A stretch of 64,000 nucleotides of DNA from Paragordius varius (Eukaryota > Animalia > Nematomorpha). How positions within the stretch are numbered: the first letter of the stretch is position 1; each line of letters begins with the position of its first letter. The notes beneath the pieces are model-generated. The model ran no database searches and had not been told where the DNA came from. It was given only the letters and a program-made list of their open reading frames with translations. Where the stretch lies: NCBI GenBank assembly GCA_964247055.1, contig OZ176050.1, positions 14,446,001-14,510,000 of the forward strand. Direction: 5' to 3'. Shown piece by piece: positions 13,269 through 26,900 of this stretch. The position numbers and the translations under genes are program-made.

Positions 13269-16200
13269 AAGGGTAGGGTTGTGTATAAATATTAAATAGA
13301 ATCATAAATCGCATATTTGAACTATGGGATAATATAATTCCATAGCCAAATAAATATTTTACATCTGTATCTTAGCTTGAAAAAAAAAACTATCACACTG
13401 ATTTAATGATAAAACAGTAATTATTTTTCAAACAAATAACATCATTATATCAGCATCAATTTATAAATTAAATTTTTTAGCCTATATATATATCGAATAT
13501 TTTGGCTTTTGAGTGTAAAACACATCAAACAATTTGGCTAAAAACCCCGATTGATATCAATGCAATGGCAAATTTATCTCCAAACACTAATAATTTATCA
13601 GTTTTTGCGAAAATAAAAACATTATAGAACACATCAATTGAATGGTACAATTTAATTATTGACCCCTTTAATTTTTTATTAATGTTAGTAATAAAAAAAC
13701 ACTTTATTTCATATATCAATTCAATGGTGTTCATAAATCCCTCACCACCTTTAATTATTAAATATGAAATCTTTTGTTCTTAGGCGTGATGATATAGTAG
13801 GTAGGGATCGGACTCTTATATAGAGTTCGAACCCCGAAACTACGCAATTTTTTCATCATTTCTGTCAGCCCTGAATAGGCGAGTGTTAAAACCCCTTCAC
13901 ATGTCCGGATACAATTTATGTCCTTACCCTTTAAACATTAAAAAAGGAAAAAAAAGACTCTAAACTGTATTTAATCTTTTGTTCTTTGAAAAAATTATTT
14001 CTTTCTTAGTTTAGTAAGAACTAAAAAAACCCTTATGTTCAACCGCGACCTCATAAATTCCTCACCCTATTATTTAAAAACTTTAAAATTAATCTTTTGT
14101 TCTTTGAAAAAAAACTTTCTTTCTTTCTTCAAGTAAGAAATGAAAGTAAAAACCCTTTGTGTTCAAACCGCGGCTTCATAAATTCCTCCTCACCTCCATA
14201 TAAATTATTAAACAATAAATCTTTTGTTCATTGAAAAAAATCTTTCTTTAACTAAAAAAAAACCTTTGTGTTCAGCCGCAGCGGTTGTTTCACTGCGCAT
14301 GGAAGCGCCCATAAAAACGCCATGTTTCCAATCAAGCGCCGCGTAAACAAGTGGAATGCCCCCTGACGGTCTCCGCCCCCCAAAAATGATGGCAGAAATT
14401 GGAACTCCTTTTCCATCCTCCCACAACGGATCCATAATAGGACATTGTCCAGCCGGGGCACAAAACCTAAATTATGTATGTATTAAATTAATGTATGGCC
14501 ATTTACAGTTCAAATTCACCCTCGAACAATTCAAATTCACCCTTGAAAAATTCAAATTCACCTTCGAACAATTCAAATTCACCCTTGAACAATTCAAATT
14601 CACCCTTGAACAATTCAAATTCACCCTTAAACAATTCAAATTCACCCTTAAACAATTCAAATTCCCCTTCGAACAATTCAAATTCACCCTTGAACAATTC
14701 AAATTCACCCTTGAACAATTCAAATTATATACCATTTACAATTCAATTTCACCCTTAAACAATTCAAATTCCCCCTTAAACAATTCAAATTGGCCCTTAA
14801 ACTATTCAAGTTCACCACCCTAAAATAAATTATGTGTTTTTTAAGATGATTAAATATTACCTATAGTTTTTTATATTTTGAAAAAAAGAAATTTTGTATG
14901 GTAATCAAAATAATACTGACAAAATAATAAACGTTACCATAAAAATATGTTTAATTATTATGATGAGTTATATTAAACCGGGATTTCATAATTTATTTTT
15001 AGGGTAAATTTGAATTGTTCGAGGGAGAATTTGAATTGTTCAAGGGTGAATTTAAATAGTTTAAAGTTAATTGGAATTTAAAAGTGTAACAATAAAAATT
15101 TATTCGAGTATCGCAGCAATATACCAAAACGATATTGTTTTTACGCTAAAAACAGTGATTGTATTAAAATTATATTGCAAGCAATTATAATTCAGCTCTA
15201 GTTTGACAAAAATTACTAGGAATAATCGTCGAAAATTATCGATACATTTATATAATTTTCGTAAAAAATCGAAAATTCAGAATAAATTTATATAATTTTA
15301 GCTGAATTATAATTGCAATATATTAATATCAAATAATATTTTGTAAAACTCAAATAAATTTTCAAATTATGAAAGTCTCCTCGCCATTTTCCTAGAGCAA
15401 GTATTGGGAAAATGGCCACGCAGCGATATTTTAGAATAAAACTATTTTGTCTAGATATTCAATAAAAATAAATCCTTATAAACTAATTAAGGCTTAGTTA
15501 TTGTATTACCAATTAATATCTATATTTCTTACTTATTTTGCAACGCCAAACGATAATTTTATAAAAAAACATGGCTATAATTTTACTTTTTATGTTATGT
15601 CTTTAGGTTTATTGTATCATTTGATTTAAGTTTAGAATTATTAAATGAAAACTATTGAATATTTAATTTCTCTAAAATCAATCAATGAATCTTAATTCTA
15701 CTGTTAGGTTATAAAATAATCAATTAATAAAAAATACGATTATATTAGCTTTATATTGTGTCCATAAAATTTACTTATTATTTTTACTGAACAAACCAAA
15801 AATAACTCCTGTAAAGAAAATTTCCAATTCGATAAATTATTTTAAGGTCAAAACCATTCTTTGGGTGGTAATATACATTCCAATAAATTCGATTATTATT
15901 GCTGAATTTACATACATATACCCCATGACAACCATATTAATCTTATTATAATCAAAATTTACACATTATATCAAAAAATAATATCCAGAAATTCCTTGAG
16001 TAAAAAGTAAAAATTTAAATTTTGATGCATAAAAACGCACCTCGAATTCTATTATCAAAAAATATCCAGGAATACCTTGTAAAAAAGTAAAAAATTTAAA
16101 AATTCTGATAATTTTTTTTACATTTGAAAAAAAAACTGCAAAAAACGCACCTCGAATTCTATTATCAAATAATAATACCCAGAAATTCCTTGCAAAAAAA

Positions 16201-19200
16201 AGTAAAAAATTAAATTTTGTGAGTAAAATTTACCTCGAATTCGGATGGGCCGCTAACTGACCACTAGCTTTGGTCCAATTTTTTAGACCGGTCCAGGAAG
16301 TGATTGAAATGTCTGCATGAGTTTTTTCACCTTTGGGCCCCCCAAAGACTTCCTCTTCAAGACCTTCCCAAAATACGCCCCCATCACTTGTTTCAGCCAC
16401 ATTCGTAAATATTGTATTGTTCTTTATAACTTCCATAGCATTGGGATTCGTTTTATATGACGTGCCTATATATATATATATGAATATGAGTTTGTGTTTG
16501 CAAAATGTAAAGAAATTTTTCTAAAAATGTAAATATGCGTATACGTATTAAAACAAAAATAAACAGCGATATTAATTGGATAAATAGACCTGAAAATATA
16601 GTGTGTGTATGGTAAAATAACCCTTTTTTACTAAAAATTACAAAACCACCTGAGAAAGTTTATAAAAAAATACATAAAATTCTTAATACTATCTAAAAAT
16701 TAAAAAAACTTTAAAAAGATTCTGTCTGGTTTTTAAACCTGGAGCAACTCCAAAAAATCCACTCTCCGGATTTATGGCATGTAAATCCCAAATACAATTG
16801 GTTTTAAAAACTTAAAAGTTTCAAAAATTAAACTTTGCGTATATAAATAACTACTATCAAACAGTCAAATACATAAACTTTTTCTGTTTTGAACATAATT
16901 TAACTAAAATCCCAATACCCTAAAACATTCAAAAGCAATCCAAATTTCTTAAAACTAAAACCTGGAGAAAACAATATGGGATGTAAATCCGAGATACATT
17001 AAGTTTCGAAACTTTAAAAATATCGACAAACAAACTTTCAAAAACTGAAAAAATTCAAAAAAAGTTTTAAACAATTTTACTCCCAATACCCTAAAACTTT
17101 CAAAAACAATCCAAATTTCTTAAAATTACAAAAAAAAGTTTTAAACCTGGAACAACTCCAAAAAATCCAATCTCAGAATTTATGGCATGTAAATCCCAAA
17201 AACATTTAGTTTTCGAAGCTTAAAACGTTTTCAAAAAACTACATAAACTTTTTGTGTTTTGAACACAATTTTATAATATCAGACTCTATCAAACTATCAA
17301 ATACTAAAAATTTCTCAAAAACTAAAAAAGTTTTAAACCCGGAGCAACTCCAACCACTCTCAGGATTTATGGCATGTAATCTCCCAAATACATTTTGACA
17401 TTTAGAAAGTTCTCAAAAATTTACTAAAACTTTTTCTGTTTTGGACACAATTTTACTAAAATCCCTAATGTCAGACTCTATCATCAAAAACAATCCAAAT
17501 TTCTTAAAACTAAAAAAACCTAAGGCAAGGATTTATGGCACGTAATACCCAAATACATTTAGCTTTCGAAACTTTAAAAGTTTTCAAAAAATTACTTAAA
17601 CTTTTTCTGTTTTGAACAGAATTCTAAAATCCAGAAACTAAAAATTTCAAAAAAACGTTTTTAAACCTGGAGCAACTCCAAAAAATCCACTCTCAGGATT
17701 TATGGCATGTAATACCCGGATACATTATTTTTCGGAACTTTAAAAATATCGAAAAACAAACTTTTAAAATATTTATAAACTAAAACATTTCAAAAAAAGT
17801 TTTAAACACAATTCCCCTAAAATCCCCTAAAACTTTCAAAAACAATCCAAATTTCTTGGAATTTCAAAAAAAAGTTTTTAAAAAACCTGGAGCAACTCCA
17901 AAAAATCCACTTTCAGGATTTATGGCATGTAATCTGCCATCTCCAGCATCGTCATTGAAACGCATCCAAGCTATATCATCGCCCACACAAGAGGTAGATG
18001 CGCCATCTATCGTTGGATTCATCATTGCCATATTCGTTTTTCCACACGCGCTCGGAAACGCGGCCGTATAATAAAACTTTTCTTCACCAATCGTGTTTTT
18101 ACTAAATAAAAAATAAAATTTTATATAAAAATAAAAAAGATTAAAAACCTTTTTTATAGATAAATAAAGAAAGTAAAGTTTTTTTCCAAAAACAACATTT
18201 TAATATGAAAAAAACGGCCGTATAATAAAACTTTTCACCTATCGTGTTTTTACTAAATAGGAGAGGTAAATTTTCAAATATCTATATTAAGTATATTTTA
18301 AAAACCTTTTTTTATAAATAAATAAAGTAAGGTTTTTAAAGTTTTTGCTAATATTTCCAAAAAAAAACATTTTAATATAAAACTCTTCACCTATCGCGCT
18401 TTTACTAAATAGGACAGGTAAAAATAAAATTTTATATAAAAAGGAACTTAAAAAAAAGTTTAAAAACCTTTTTTATAGATAAATAAAGTAAGGTTTGTAA
18501 AGATTTTGCTAATAATTTTATTTTCAAAAAACCAATTTAAATTGAAAGGAGGCCGTATAATAAAACTTTTCTTCTCCGCGGGCATTTTTACTAAAAAGGA
18601 GGTAAAATTTAAAAAATACAATTTTATTATATCTATCTTAAAAATAAGTATAAAAACTTTTTATAGATACATAAAGTAAGGTTTGTAAAGTTGCTAATAA
18701 AATTTTTTTCATAAAAAACAGTTTAATATGAAAAAAACGGCCTATAATAAAACTTTTCTCTGATTAGATTTTTACTAAATAGGAGGGAGAATTTTTTTTA
18801 TAATAAATATATTTATTGACAATGATTTCAAAAGTACAAGTTAAACTTTTTAGTTTATAAAGTATGATAAGAATATAGAAAATGTCATTATAAAAAGTAA
18901 AGTATGAAAATATGGCTGTATAAACCAACATTTCTCAGATTTTATTTTTACAGAAGTGAAGATAAAATATTCAAATATACCCTTAAACAATTTGAATTCA
19001 CCCTAAAATAAATAATGTGTTTTTTAAGATTAAAAATTATATCTATATATTTTAATATTTTTAAAAAATAAAATTTTGTTTATAATAAATAAAATAATTA
19101 AAAAATAATTAAGGCCATAAAGAAATACATATATTTCATATTAATAATTATTAATATTATCCCCAAAACAAAATTTATCTTTAGGGTAAATTTAAATTGT

Positions 19201-22200
19201 TCAGGAATGAATTCAAATTGTAAATGTATATTCATAAGGTACAGGTAAAGCTGTTTTATAGGTTTTTAAATAGTATAATCCAAAAAAAGAAAAGCTAATA
19301 AAATCAAACATTCGATTATTTTGGCCCTTTATTTTTAGTAAACTAAGGAAAGTTTTTTGAAAACAACCAGTGTCGAAAGCTATATAATAATATTTAGCTT
19401 GGGTTAATTAGTTAATAAACTTTTTCTTTTTTTTAAAAAACAACTAAAAAATTAGAAATGGTTTTTCAAATCGTTAAGTTTTTTTGAGTTATATAAAAAA
19501 TAATTACCCTGATGAGTTTAGCGTTTCAGTTGAAGGGACAAATCCACTAAACATGTGTTGGTTACTTATTTAAAAAACAACTAAAAAATTACAAATCGTT
19601 TTTCAAATCGTTAAGTTTTTTTTGAGTTATTTTAAAATAATTACCCTGATGAGTTTAGTGTTTCAGTAGAAGGGACAAATCCACTAATTAACATGTGTTC
19701 AGCCAGCCATCCTTCCCTCTTTGCTAATATACTTCCCAGGCGGAGGGCAAAACACTTTTTACCTATCAAATAATAAATTATGAAAAAGATTTAAAAAAAA
19801 GTTAAAGACAAATAGGTTGTTTTTTGAAATACTTTTCAAACATGCTTTGATTTTTTTACAATATAACCAATATTACAGTGCAAAATCATCTAAATTGGTA
19901 ACATTGTTTTCAAATATATAAATTTTTTTATAAATATATAATTAATTTGATATAGATAACCACACTTTTTTAAACATAATTTGATTTTTTTACAATATAA
20001 TTTATAGTTTTTTATAGCAATATAGGTATTAGACATCTAAATTGGTAACATTGTTCTCAAATATATTAATTTAATTGTAAATATATAATTAATTTAATAT
20101 AGATAACCACACTTTTTTAAACATGCTTTGATTTGATTTTTTTGAAAAATTTATAGTTTTACATTGCAATAAAGGTAGAGACATCTAAATTGGTAACATT
20201 GTTCTTACAAATATATTAATTTTTTATAAATATATAATTAAGGACTAAATATCACATTTATTAAAGTATGGTTGGTTGTCTTTTCAAAAAATTATATAGT
20301 TTAACAAATAAAGGTATATCAACTATATTGGTAAATAACATTGTTCTCACATATATTAATTTTTTTATAAATATATAATTAGGGACTAAAATATCAGATT
20401 TATAAAAGTATGGTTGGTTGTCTTTTCAAAAAATTTTGTCATAATTTTACATTGCAATAAAGGTAGAGACATCTATATTGGTAAATAACATTGTTTTCAA
20501 ATATATATATTTTATTGTAAAATATAAATAAAGACTAAAAATCTAGGAAATTTATTAAAGTATGGTTGGTTGTCTTTTCAAAAAATATTCTAAAATTTGT
20601 TTTGTAAGATGATTCAAATTTTTAGCATATTTTATTTAAAAAGAATAAAAATTTATAAAATATATGGTACTATCAAAATTTAAATTTATAATAAAGACAG
20701 GTATAGTTGAAAAACAAAAAATTTAATTTTCTATTCTGTTTGAGCATACATGCATTATAAATGAGACTTATAAAGTGAAATATTTATAATTTAAAGTAAC
20801 TTTCATGTTTAAAACCTTTATTTATTAAGCAATCACTAAAATGTGGATTACCAGTTAATATCTCTATTCCTTATATTGGAATCCAAATCAATATATTACA
20901 TTACGAGTAAATAAGTATACATTGCTAGAAAGTTATTAATTTTTGCCAAATAGAATAGTATATAACAAAGGGCGGTATTATTGGCTTATAGTTGATTTTT
21001 TCACTTTTTACTTTTTATAGCCAATAATAATTCTCTTTGGTGCATATATGCTTATGGCAATATATACCATTTCCCAGTCTAAATAAACGTTTTCCCAGTC
21101 AATCGAAACATTTTCCCAGTCAATCGAAACGTTTTCCCAGTCAATCAAAACGTTTTCCCAGTCAATCGAAACGTTTTCTCAATCAATCGAAACGTTTTCC
21201 CAATCAATCAAAACATTTTCCCAGTCAATAAAAACATTTTCCCAATCAATAAAAACGTTTTCCCAATCAATAAAAACGGTTTTATTTTTGATGATAAATA
21301 TCAAAACAAGAATATAAAAACAACTTTTAACCATTATCAGCGTAATATATGGATATTATTTTTTATAAAAACACCGTTATTGAATGACAATTTTTCCAAA
21401 TATATTCCAGTGCACAATCATTAATAACATATTCTTTAAAAAATTTTTTGGAATTGGAGATGTTTTTGAGATAATATTTTTTATTGTATTGATGGTTCGC
21501 ATTATTTGCGGCTAACTTACAAAATCTATAGTTACGGATGAAATATTAAATATAAAAATAATGTATCAATTTTATCTCAAAGGTTATTTAACACTTCATA
21601 TTGGATCTTAAACATAAATTTTACCCTAATTTTATAATATTTATCATTTGGTTCATCGGGTGCCCAATGCGGCTTTATCTTTGTGCGGCCCACTAAAAAT
21701 TTAGAAATCCATCTGCAAAAATATGCCCACCAAATCTTAGTATTATTCATATTTCTTACGCAATTACTCTTAATGAGTTTATTAAATTGGTAACAAATTA
21801 AAAAAATTGTTATATTTTTGTATTTTACAGTCTTATGTCTAATCGAAAAATTATTTATGAAATATATCGAATGCGGAACGCCGTGCTTTTTAAGTAATGC
21901 CGCCCGCGAAGCCATTTGGTTAGACACCCCTGTTTTGGTCAAATATCTTTTTATTAAATATTTTTAAATTTAGATATATTTTCCGACAGTATTTTTATGG
22001 AAAAACTTGACATGTTTAAAAACTGTTCTAAAGCGTTCGGTAATTATTATTGCGAACCATCAATAAAATAAAAATTATCTTAAAAACATCTCAAATTCCA
22101 AAAATATAATTTTTAAAGAATAAGTCATTATTGGTACACTGGAATATACTTGGTAAATTGTCATTTAATAATTGTTTTTCTATAAAAAAATAATAGCCTA

Positions 22201-23952
22201 ATATTACGCTAATAATGGTTAAAAGTTATTTTTATATCTTGTTTTAATATTTACCATCAAAAATAAAACCGTTTTTATTGATTGGGAAAATGTTTTTATT
22301 GATTGGGAAAATGTTTTTATTGATTGGGAAAATGTTTTTATTGATTGGGAAAATGTTTTTATTGACTGGGAAAATGTTTTGATTGATTGGGAAAACGTTT
22401 CGATTGATTGGGAAAACGTTTCGATTGACTGGGAAAACGTTTCGATTGACTGGGAAAACGTTTCGATTGACTGGGAAAACGTTTCGATTGACTGGGAAAA
22501 TGTTTCGATTGACTGGGAAAACGTTTATTTAGACTGGGAAATGGTATACTTACTCATACAGTACATATATACAGTTTGCATTTTAATAGTTGCTTATTTC
22601 ACACACGCTATAGTTGGGTAATTTGCAACACTGTAGTGTATGGAAAAAAGAAAATAATTGTTTTTTCAAAAAAATTTTTTTTCCATTATTCACTACACTA
22701 TTGTGTTGTTCAACTATAGTGTAAAATAAACAACCATTAAAATGCATACTGTATATATATATATATATATATATATAGCTCTTTTAATAACATTTTGTCA
22801 TTTTTTTCACAACTATTTAACAAAAATAAAGTTTAAAATCTTTTAAAATTCTCAATTATATAAAAAATTATTTTACTATTACCTAATAAACTGTTTCCAC
22901 CATACCCACTGCCATAAGATGCAATTTCATTATTTTTTGGAATATGAGCTACCAAAGTCCTTTCGGGATCACAAGGCCAATTATTGACTAGTTTTTCTGT
23001 ATGAAAAAAAATTTTGATTTTTTTAGCGAAAATTTCTTTGATATTGATTTGAATTATTACGAGTTAGTTTCAAAATTACAAATTTACACATGTAGGGCAT
23101 AAATAATTGAAGATAGCTCTAAAAAAATTCTTTAATAACACCGATAAGTAGGCAAAATTATTTAATCAATGCGTAAATCAAAAGAAAAAACAATCTGTTT
23201 TATGTCAATTTTTGAACATACATAATATCGCGTTAATAAAAAGTATCACAAAAAAGTAAAAATAGAGAAAAACATAGCTTTATAACAGTATGAGAAATAT
23301 ATATTGTTGGAAAGTTATTAATTTTTGCCAAATGTAGCATATATGCTGCAAAGAGAATTATTATTGGCTAATAATGGTAAAAAGTGAAAAAAAACAACTA
23401 TAAGCCAATAATACTGCCCTTTGTTTTTTATATATATGCCATTTGGCAACAATTAATAACTTTCTAGCAATATATACTTACTCATACTCTAATAATAATA
23501 ATACAAAGAATAGATGGATTAACCTAGTTAAATAAATGGAGAAAAATTGAAAAATTGACAAACCAAATCTCAATATTAATAGCTTAAAAAAGCTGAAGTC
23601 TTGATTAATTATTTTTTTCGGAAACTTTTTCGGATACTCCAAAAGTCTTCTTTACACAAAAAAATTTACCATTTTGCTAGGAATTTTAACAATAAATTTC
23701 ATTTCTATTAAAAAATTTCAAAAAAACTTTTATAGAATTTACTCGTAAGAGGTAAAGGACACCCCATAGAATGCAGGCATTTAACAAAATCGTCTTGGCC
23801 CAGCTGGCTTAGCACTTTATCAGACATTCGAGTCATGATTCGCATAGAAGCGACGACATACGGACTATCGGTTAATTGAATCCCAATCTTCGAGAGGGGT
23901 GAACCAATTGGGCCCATACTAAATGGTATAACATACATGGTTCGACCTATCA

Positions 23953-23989
<37 letters not shown>

Positions 23990-26900
23990 ACAACATGTAA
24001 AGACAAATATTTTGTTTAATATACATATTTAAAACGCAACATTTTTTTAAAGCAAACGCAACATTTTTTAAGCAGAGGAAACTGAAAAATGCTGCCAATT
24101 GCTTAAAAAGGTTCCCTTTGTGTTGCGAATGCTTGAAAAAATGTTGCGTTTGCTTGAAAAAAGATTGATTGAAAAATGGTATACCTGGTTTAACCTAACC
24201 CTTGATTGATCAATCGATTTCGCAAATAATGTAAAACGGTTTAAATCAATGATAAATTTTTGGATTGCGCCTTAGCATATTTTGCATCAAATAAAACTAC
24301 GGTAATAATCAATAAATATTTCTGTAAGATTGTTTAAAAAACTTAATCATTTTCAATTATAATTATAAAAAAGAGATAAGATTTCAAAATTTATTACATA
24401 TAAACAGTAAATTCCCCCTCTCTAAACATCTAAATACCCAAAAATAATTCAGGTGTCGAGAATCCACCAAATCTCTACACTACAGTCATGTATCCTTTAT
24501 TTTATCAAGAATTTATTTATTTTTTCGTTATAAATATTTGGGTAAAGAATGGAAAAAAACAAGAGAGTTCTATGGTGTATTAACAATATAATATATTCAT
24601 GAAAAAAGTATAAGAATTATCATAGAGCTCTTGTTTTTTTACCATTCTTTACCAAATATTTATACCTCTCATTTAACAGAGGAAGAAAAAAATAAATTTT
24701 TGATAAAATAAAGGATACATGTTAGGAATTTGTAAAAGAACAAAAAAAAGTACCTTTCATACAACCAGGGAATCGATCTGTCCACAGAGCTTTTTTCATA
24801 TCAGCTGGGCTCATCCAATTACCCAGGGTTCCTTTGATACCTTCTTTGGGGGTTGGGATAGTTTCTCGTTTATCGGGCGTTGTAATGTAAGTTTTGCCTT
24901 CAACTCGAGCCACGTCGGCTGGATCCGTTAATGTTAACCAACTATAGAAATGTGGTTGTAAAAAAAAGTTTTAATTTTCTTGTTTTAATTTTTTATTCGC
25001 GAATAAAATATATAGTTTGATTAAAAGAATATATATTGTGGTAATTTTGATTAAGGTATAATGGGATAAAACGTAAATATATAGACATATATATAAAAAT
25101 TTGTTTTGAAAAAAGACAACTTCATACATACATTTTCAAATCTTAATTTTTTTTGTTTGTATAAAAGCCATTTTAATTACGATTGTAAAATATAAAATTG
25201 ATTGTGTAGTAATATATACATCGATTTCTCATACTATTCAATATTAAGTAATGAGTTATATTCAAAAAATAAAGATTTAAAAAGTAGGCTTGTCATTTTC
25301 GAAAAAAATATTTGTCTTTTTATTGTTACGTTTTATCCGTATAATTTCAATTTTTACTGTTTTATAACACGAATAAGGATTTATTTAACTTTTATGACCT
25401 CATATCTTACGCGGAAAGATTTCATTTTTTATATATCGCTTAATAAAGACTTTTTTATTTCTATAGCTATCAAATATTTAATAAAATCAGCAACACACTG
25501 CTTTGATTTTTAAAACTCACACACAACAAATTACTTAAAATGCTGTAAATCCGTTTTGTAATTTTTGCTTTTTCTTGTATATGCAATCTTTTTTAGATCT
25601 AATTGAAACAAAAAAGTATAAAAAAATAATTACACCTAAACTATGAGATAGATAGATGGAAACGTTCACACTTTAATGACAAGGTATCAGTGACATTATA
25701 TTATTGTAAAATAAATTTTTTTAAAAAAAATTGTATACAAAATTATTTAGGAGCATCATACTAAAACTTATTCTTTAGATAGTGAAAAATAAATCAATCC
25801 ATAAACTAAGCAAAATTTCATCAGATACCTAAACAAATATAAATGATATCTTAAATAAATATAGTTTTTGTAAAAAAAGAATTTATATGCAAAAAAAGGG
25901 GGTTTGATATAATTGGGTATTACACACACCCCCGCATATATGATATTTTACATAGGTCATTAGGGCTTTTTGTTTAATTTGTTTGCTCATTTTTTGTCAT
26001 ATCAAGGACAGTGAGCGCCAAATTTGGTTGTAAAATATTGAAATATGTCCATTTATTAATTTTTATACATATATACCATTTACAGTTCAAATTCACCCAT
26101 GAACAATTCACAATTCACCCTAAAAAAATTATGTTCACTATTAATAGGAAATATGTATCTTTATGGCTTAGTTTATTATTTTTTAGGTATTATTTTAATT
26201 TTAAACAAAATTTCCTTTTTTAAAAATATAAAAAAATATAGATATATTTTCTTAAAAACTCTTAAGTTATTTTATGGTGAATTAATTTGTTTAAATGTGA
26301 ATTTAAATTGTAAAAGGTATACATAAATCCATATATCCCAAAAATATTATAGATAAAAGAATTAGAAAATAAATTTAAAAATGTGAAATATTCGAAATTG
26401 TTTATAACATAAAATCGTTGATCAAAACATTTAAATATGTATAATTAATTTTAATAAACACTTCGCTAATTTACTGCATTCTAATTAATCAACAATAAAA
26501 CTAATTAACAAGACTAAAATTTAAAAAAACATGAAAAATAAAAAAACACACCAAACTTAGATGACATGTTCATATAATGTTATGGTTAAAAATTAAATGA
26601 TTAATGACTTTATTTTATATACTCTCCACTCCCTAATACACTTTCTCCTTTTTTTTACTTTTTACATTTTTTAATTTTTGCCATTCATTTTTTGTTTTTA
26701 CTGTAAACTTAGAGGGGGACTGAAATCTATATATATGTGCTAAAATGCTCACCAATTATGATATTTGGGCAGGGGTTTGACTATGCCCTCAGCCAACATA
26801 GTTTCCAACAAATTGGTATTTTCTTGAGATGTTCCATCACACACATAAATATTGTCAGGCTTACAAATTTCAGCCTTTTCTTCAATGTAAGCCAAAACTT

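Noticed and set aside
14356-14823. Four overlapping repetitive ORFs ([28 protein letters not shown] repeats)
   Set aside because: They are translations of a 21-bp minisatellite in a MITE arm inside a PCK intron; a unit length divisible by 3 keeps several frames open.
21037-22621. ORFs with (FPSQSKR)n and (IDWENVS)n; superficially CRISPR-like or repeat-protein-like
   Set aside because: They are the two inverted arms of a foldback element; the units are contiguous with no unique spacers, and the DNA is eukaryotic.
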